Of a DNA stretch of 64,000 bases, positions 60,641 to 64,000 are shown one piece after another. Position 1 is the first letter of the stretch; every line of letters starts with the position of its first letter. The DNA is taken from positions 168,518,001 to 168,582,000 of the forward strand of contig NC_086100.1 in the NCBI RefSeq assembly GCF_963921235.1. Direction: 5' to 3'. The notes beneath the pieces are model-generated. The model was given only the letters and a program-made list of their open reading frames with translations, was not told the origin of the DNA and made no database searches. Origin of the DNA: Mobula hypostoma (taxonomy: Eukaryota). Made by a program: the position numbers and the translations under genes.

Positions 60641-62615
60641 ACACCCAGACGAGGCTAATGTGCCAACCCCTCACAGGGAGCAGCTGAATTAAGCCTGGAC
60701 TGCTGGCAATATAATAGTGTTACACTAACCTTGACACTACTGCGCTGCCCATAGTTATGTTATAAAGTTATGGTAACTTCAGTTAACTTTAGTTTAATTT
60801 ATTTCTGCTCCATGATCCTGATGGCAGTTTACATACCGCCAAAGACAGATGTTAAACAAGCATTTGCCGTTTTCAGTTCTGTGATTAGCAAACAAGGAGC
60901 AGCTCATCGGGCTTGGGCAAGGAAAGTATCTGGTAAGTTTCTCTTTTTCCTCTTTATTCTTCATTCCTTGTCTGTTAGTGCAGTGCGACTGGCTCCAGGG
61001 ACTGTGTTTTGTCTGTGTGTGAGATGTGGGAATTCTGGGAGGCCTCCAGCTTCCCGGAAAACCACATCTGCAGTGAGATGCGGCTCTTCGGAGGAGGTGT
61101 TATAGAACTGGAGCTGCAGCTCGATGACTTCGGCTCATACGGGAGACAGAGGAGGTGACAGGTTAGAACCACAGGGAGGTAAGCACCTCTGGGTTGCAGG
61201 AGGCGGGTAACTGGGTGACTGTCAGAAGCAGGAAGGGAAATGGGCAGCCGGTGCAGAATACCCCTGTGGACATCCTCTTCCCCCCCCCTAATAATAACTA
61301 TACCACTTTGGATACTGTTGAGGGGGACGATCTACTGGGTGGGGGGGAAGCTGCAGTGACCGGGTCTCTGGCAGTGAGTCTGGTGCTGTGGCTCAGAAAA
61401 GAAGAGGGGAAGAGGACTGCAGTGGTGATAGGAGATTTCACAGTTAGAGGAACAGAGATGGGATTCTGAGGGCCCGACAGAGACACCCGGGTGTATATTA
61501 CCCTCCAGGTGCCAGGGTGGGGGATGTCTCGGATTGGGTCCACTACACTCTAAAGGGAGGGGGTGAGCAGCCAGAAGCCTTGGTACATATTGGTGCTAGT
61601 GACCGAGGTAGGGAAGGTGAGGAGATCCTGGAGAGAGAATTTAGGGAGTTAGAAAGCTGAAAAGCAGGACCTCCAGGGTAGTAATCCCTGATGGCTGCTT
61701 GTCCCATGCACCAGAGAGGGCAAGAATAGGATGGTTTGACAGATGGTGAGTGGCTGAGAAATTGGTGTGGGGGCAGAGGTTCGGATTTATAGATCATTGC
61801 GATCTAGGGGAAGTACCACCTGTACGAGAGGGACGGGTTACGCCCGAACTCGAGGGGGCCAAGATCCTTTCAGGCAGGTTTGCTAGAGCTGTTCAGGAGG
61901 GTTTCATCTAATTTAGTGGGGGGGGTGGGAACCAGAGTGATAGGGTTAAGGATGGGGTAGTTGGTTTACAAACAGGAGCAGTGTGTAGTGAGACTCCTCG
62001 CAAGGAGAGGCTGGCGATGGAGCAAAATTGCAGCCAACAGAATGAGTTGCATCGTAAAAGGGGGACAAAATCAAAAAGGATGGTGGATACAAGACTCAAG
62101 GTGTTACATTTGAACACACACAATATATGCATAGATGAAATTGTAGCACAGTTACAGATTGGCATGTATGATGTTGTGGGCGTCACTGAATCATGGCTGA
62201 AAGAAAATTATACCTGAGAGCTTAGCATCTAATCATACATATTGCATTGGAAGGACAGGCAGCTAGGCAGAGGGAGTGGGGTGGCTCTGATGGTAAAAAA
62301 TGAAATCAAATCCTTAGAAAGAGATAACATAGGACTGGAAAGTGCAGAATCATTGTGAGCAGAGCTAAGAAACTGCAAGGGTAAAAAGACCCTGGTGGGA
62401 GTTGTATATAGACCTCTGAACAGTAGCAACAATGTGCCTACAAATTATAATGGGAGATAGAAAATGCATGTCAAAGGGGCAGTGTTACAATCATCATGGG
62501 GATTTCAATATGCAGGTAGATTGGGAAAATCAGGTTGATGCTGGACCCCAAGAAGGGGAATTTTTAGAATGCCTACGAAATGGCTTTTTCCAGCAACATG
62601 GTTGAGCCCACTAGG

Positions 62616-63381
62616 CAGCAGTCCCCAACCACCGGGCTGTGGACCGGTACCGGGCCGCAAAGCATGTGCTACCGGGCCGCGAGGAAACGATACGAGTCAG
62701 CTGCACCTTTCCTCATTCCCTGTCACGCACTGTTGAACTTGAACATAGGGTTGCCAACTGTCCCTTATTTGCCGGGACATCCCGTATATTGGGCTAAATT
62801 GATTTGTCCCACACGGGACTGCCCTTGTCCCGTATTTCCCCCACTAAGGTAGAGTGCTCCTATGAAACCTTTCGTCCCGAAAATGGCGTAAAGCGAAGAA
62901 GCAGTTACCATTAATTTATATGGGAAAAATTTTGAGCATTCCCAGACCCAAAAAATAACCTACCAAATCGTACCAAGTAACACATAAAACCTAAAATAAC
63001 ACTAACGTATAGTAAAAGCAGGAACAATATGATAAATACACAGCCTATATAAAGTAGAAATAATGTATGTACAGTATAGTCAGGAAGATTAAGCCAAAAC
63101 CGATTTGTGAAAAAAATCAGCACGTACGAGCATGTGCACACAGATGCCCACCCAAGGCTTCATGGTCATGGTAGTCTTTCTCGAGGTAAACACTGTCCAG
63201 CATTTGACTGCTACTTTTGTCCTTTATTTGGGAGTGTGGAAGTTGGCAACCCTAACTGTAAAAGACATGTTGAGGTGAGTTTAACCTTACTTGAACACCC
63301 CCCACCCCTCGGTCGGCCGGTCCGCAAGAATATTGTCAATATTAAACCGGTCCGCAGTGCAAAAAAGGTTGGGGACCCCTT
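62616..63381. mobile_element. Non-autonomous hAT-like DNA transposon inserted in the CR1
   Basis: Imperfect TIRs CAGCAGTCCCCAACC / GGTTGGGGACCCCT; target duplication (C/T)CACTAGG; the empty site is visible in the paralogue at ~36192-36211. Confidence 0.85.
62746..63254. mobile_element. Inner MITE-like element with perfect 14-bp TIRs
   Basis: TAGGGTTGCCAACT (62746-62759) / AGTTGGCAACCCTA (63241-63254). Confidence 0.8.
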
Positions 63382-64000
63382 CACTAGGGGATCAGCTACT
63401 CTGGACTAGGTGCTGTGGATTGAACCAGAACTGATTAGAGAACTTAAGGTAAAAGAACCCTTGGGGACCAGTGATCATAATATGATAGAATTCACACTGT
63501 GATTTGAGAAGGAGAAACTAAAGTCAGATTACAATATTACAGTGGAGTAAAGGGAATTACAGAGACATGAGAGAGGAGTTGGCCAAAATTGATTGGAAGG
63601 GAACACTAGTAGGAATAATGGAACAGCAGAATGTTTGGAGTTTCTGAGAGCAATTTGGAAGGAGCAGGATAGATACATCACAAGAAAGTAGTAGTTTTCT
63701 AAAGGCAGGATGAGGGATGAGGGGTGAAGGTAGATATTGGACTGCTGAAAATTATGCCAGAGAGGTAGTAATGGGGGACAAGGAAATGGCGGACAAACCA
63801 AATAAGTATTTTGCATCATTCTTCATCATGGAAGACACTAGCAGTATCCCAGAAGTTTGAGTGTCAGGGGGCAAAAGTAGTGAAGTTGCCATTACTGGGG
63901 AGAAAGTGCTTGGGAAACTGAAAGGTCTGATAGGGCGATAAGTTATCTAGCCCAGATGGCCTACATCCAAGGGTTCTGAAAGAGGGGGCTGAAGAGATTG

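Larger units (their letters stand above)
60900..64000 (+). mobile_element. Decayed CR1 LINE 5' part: ORF1 (Cys motif + SGNH esterase-like) and ORF2 endonuclease; runs off the window
   Basis: ORF1 motifs AVVIGDFTVRG, PGARVGDV, LVHIGASD and DGLRPN; 62040-64000 is colinear with 35625-37030. Confidence 0.9.

Overview
This is eukaryotic, repeat-dominated genomic DNA, not prokaryotic. The repeat repertoire suggests a cartilaginous fish such as a ray or shark (inference): abundant CR1, Rex1/Babar, L2 and fish-type L1 LINEs, V-SINEs, DeuSINE remnants and Penelope-type repeats. Most ORF-track entries are either decayed LINE reading frames or artefacts of three 3-4 kb minisatellites (53-bp, 41-bp and 51-bp units). 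In the unique sequence I can build a phase-compatible chain of 7 minus-strand candidate exons (about 60125 down to 45515, about 340 aa) for a protein I do not recognise. Highlights: (1) a minimal type-I hammerhead ribozyme motif in a dispersed Penelope-like repeat, best copy 38574-38611 on the minus strand; (2) minisatellites apparently arising from retroelements, with single-copy progenitors in the same window; (3) a 51-bp VNTR whose only open minus-strand frame encodes an acidic 17-aa repeat; (4) nested non-autonomous DNA transposons sharing a 22-bp segment that contains a splice donor. No rRNA, genuine tRNA or CRISPR array was found. Family assignments come from recalled motifs rather than database searches, and element boundaries are approximate unless a TIR, TSD or splice site is cited.
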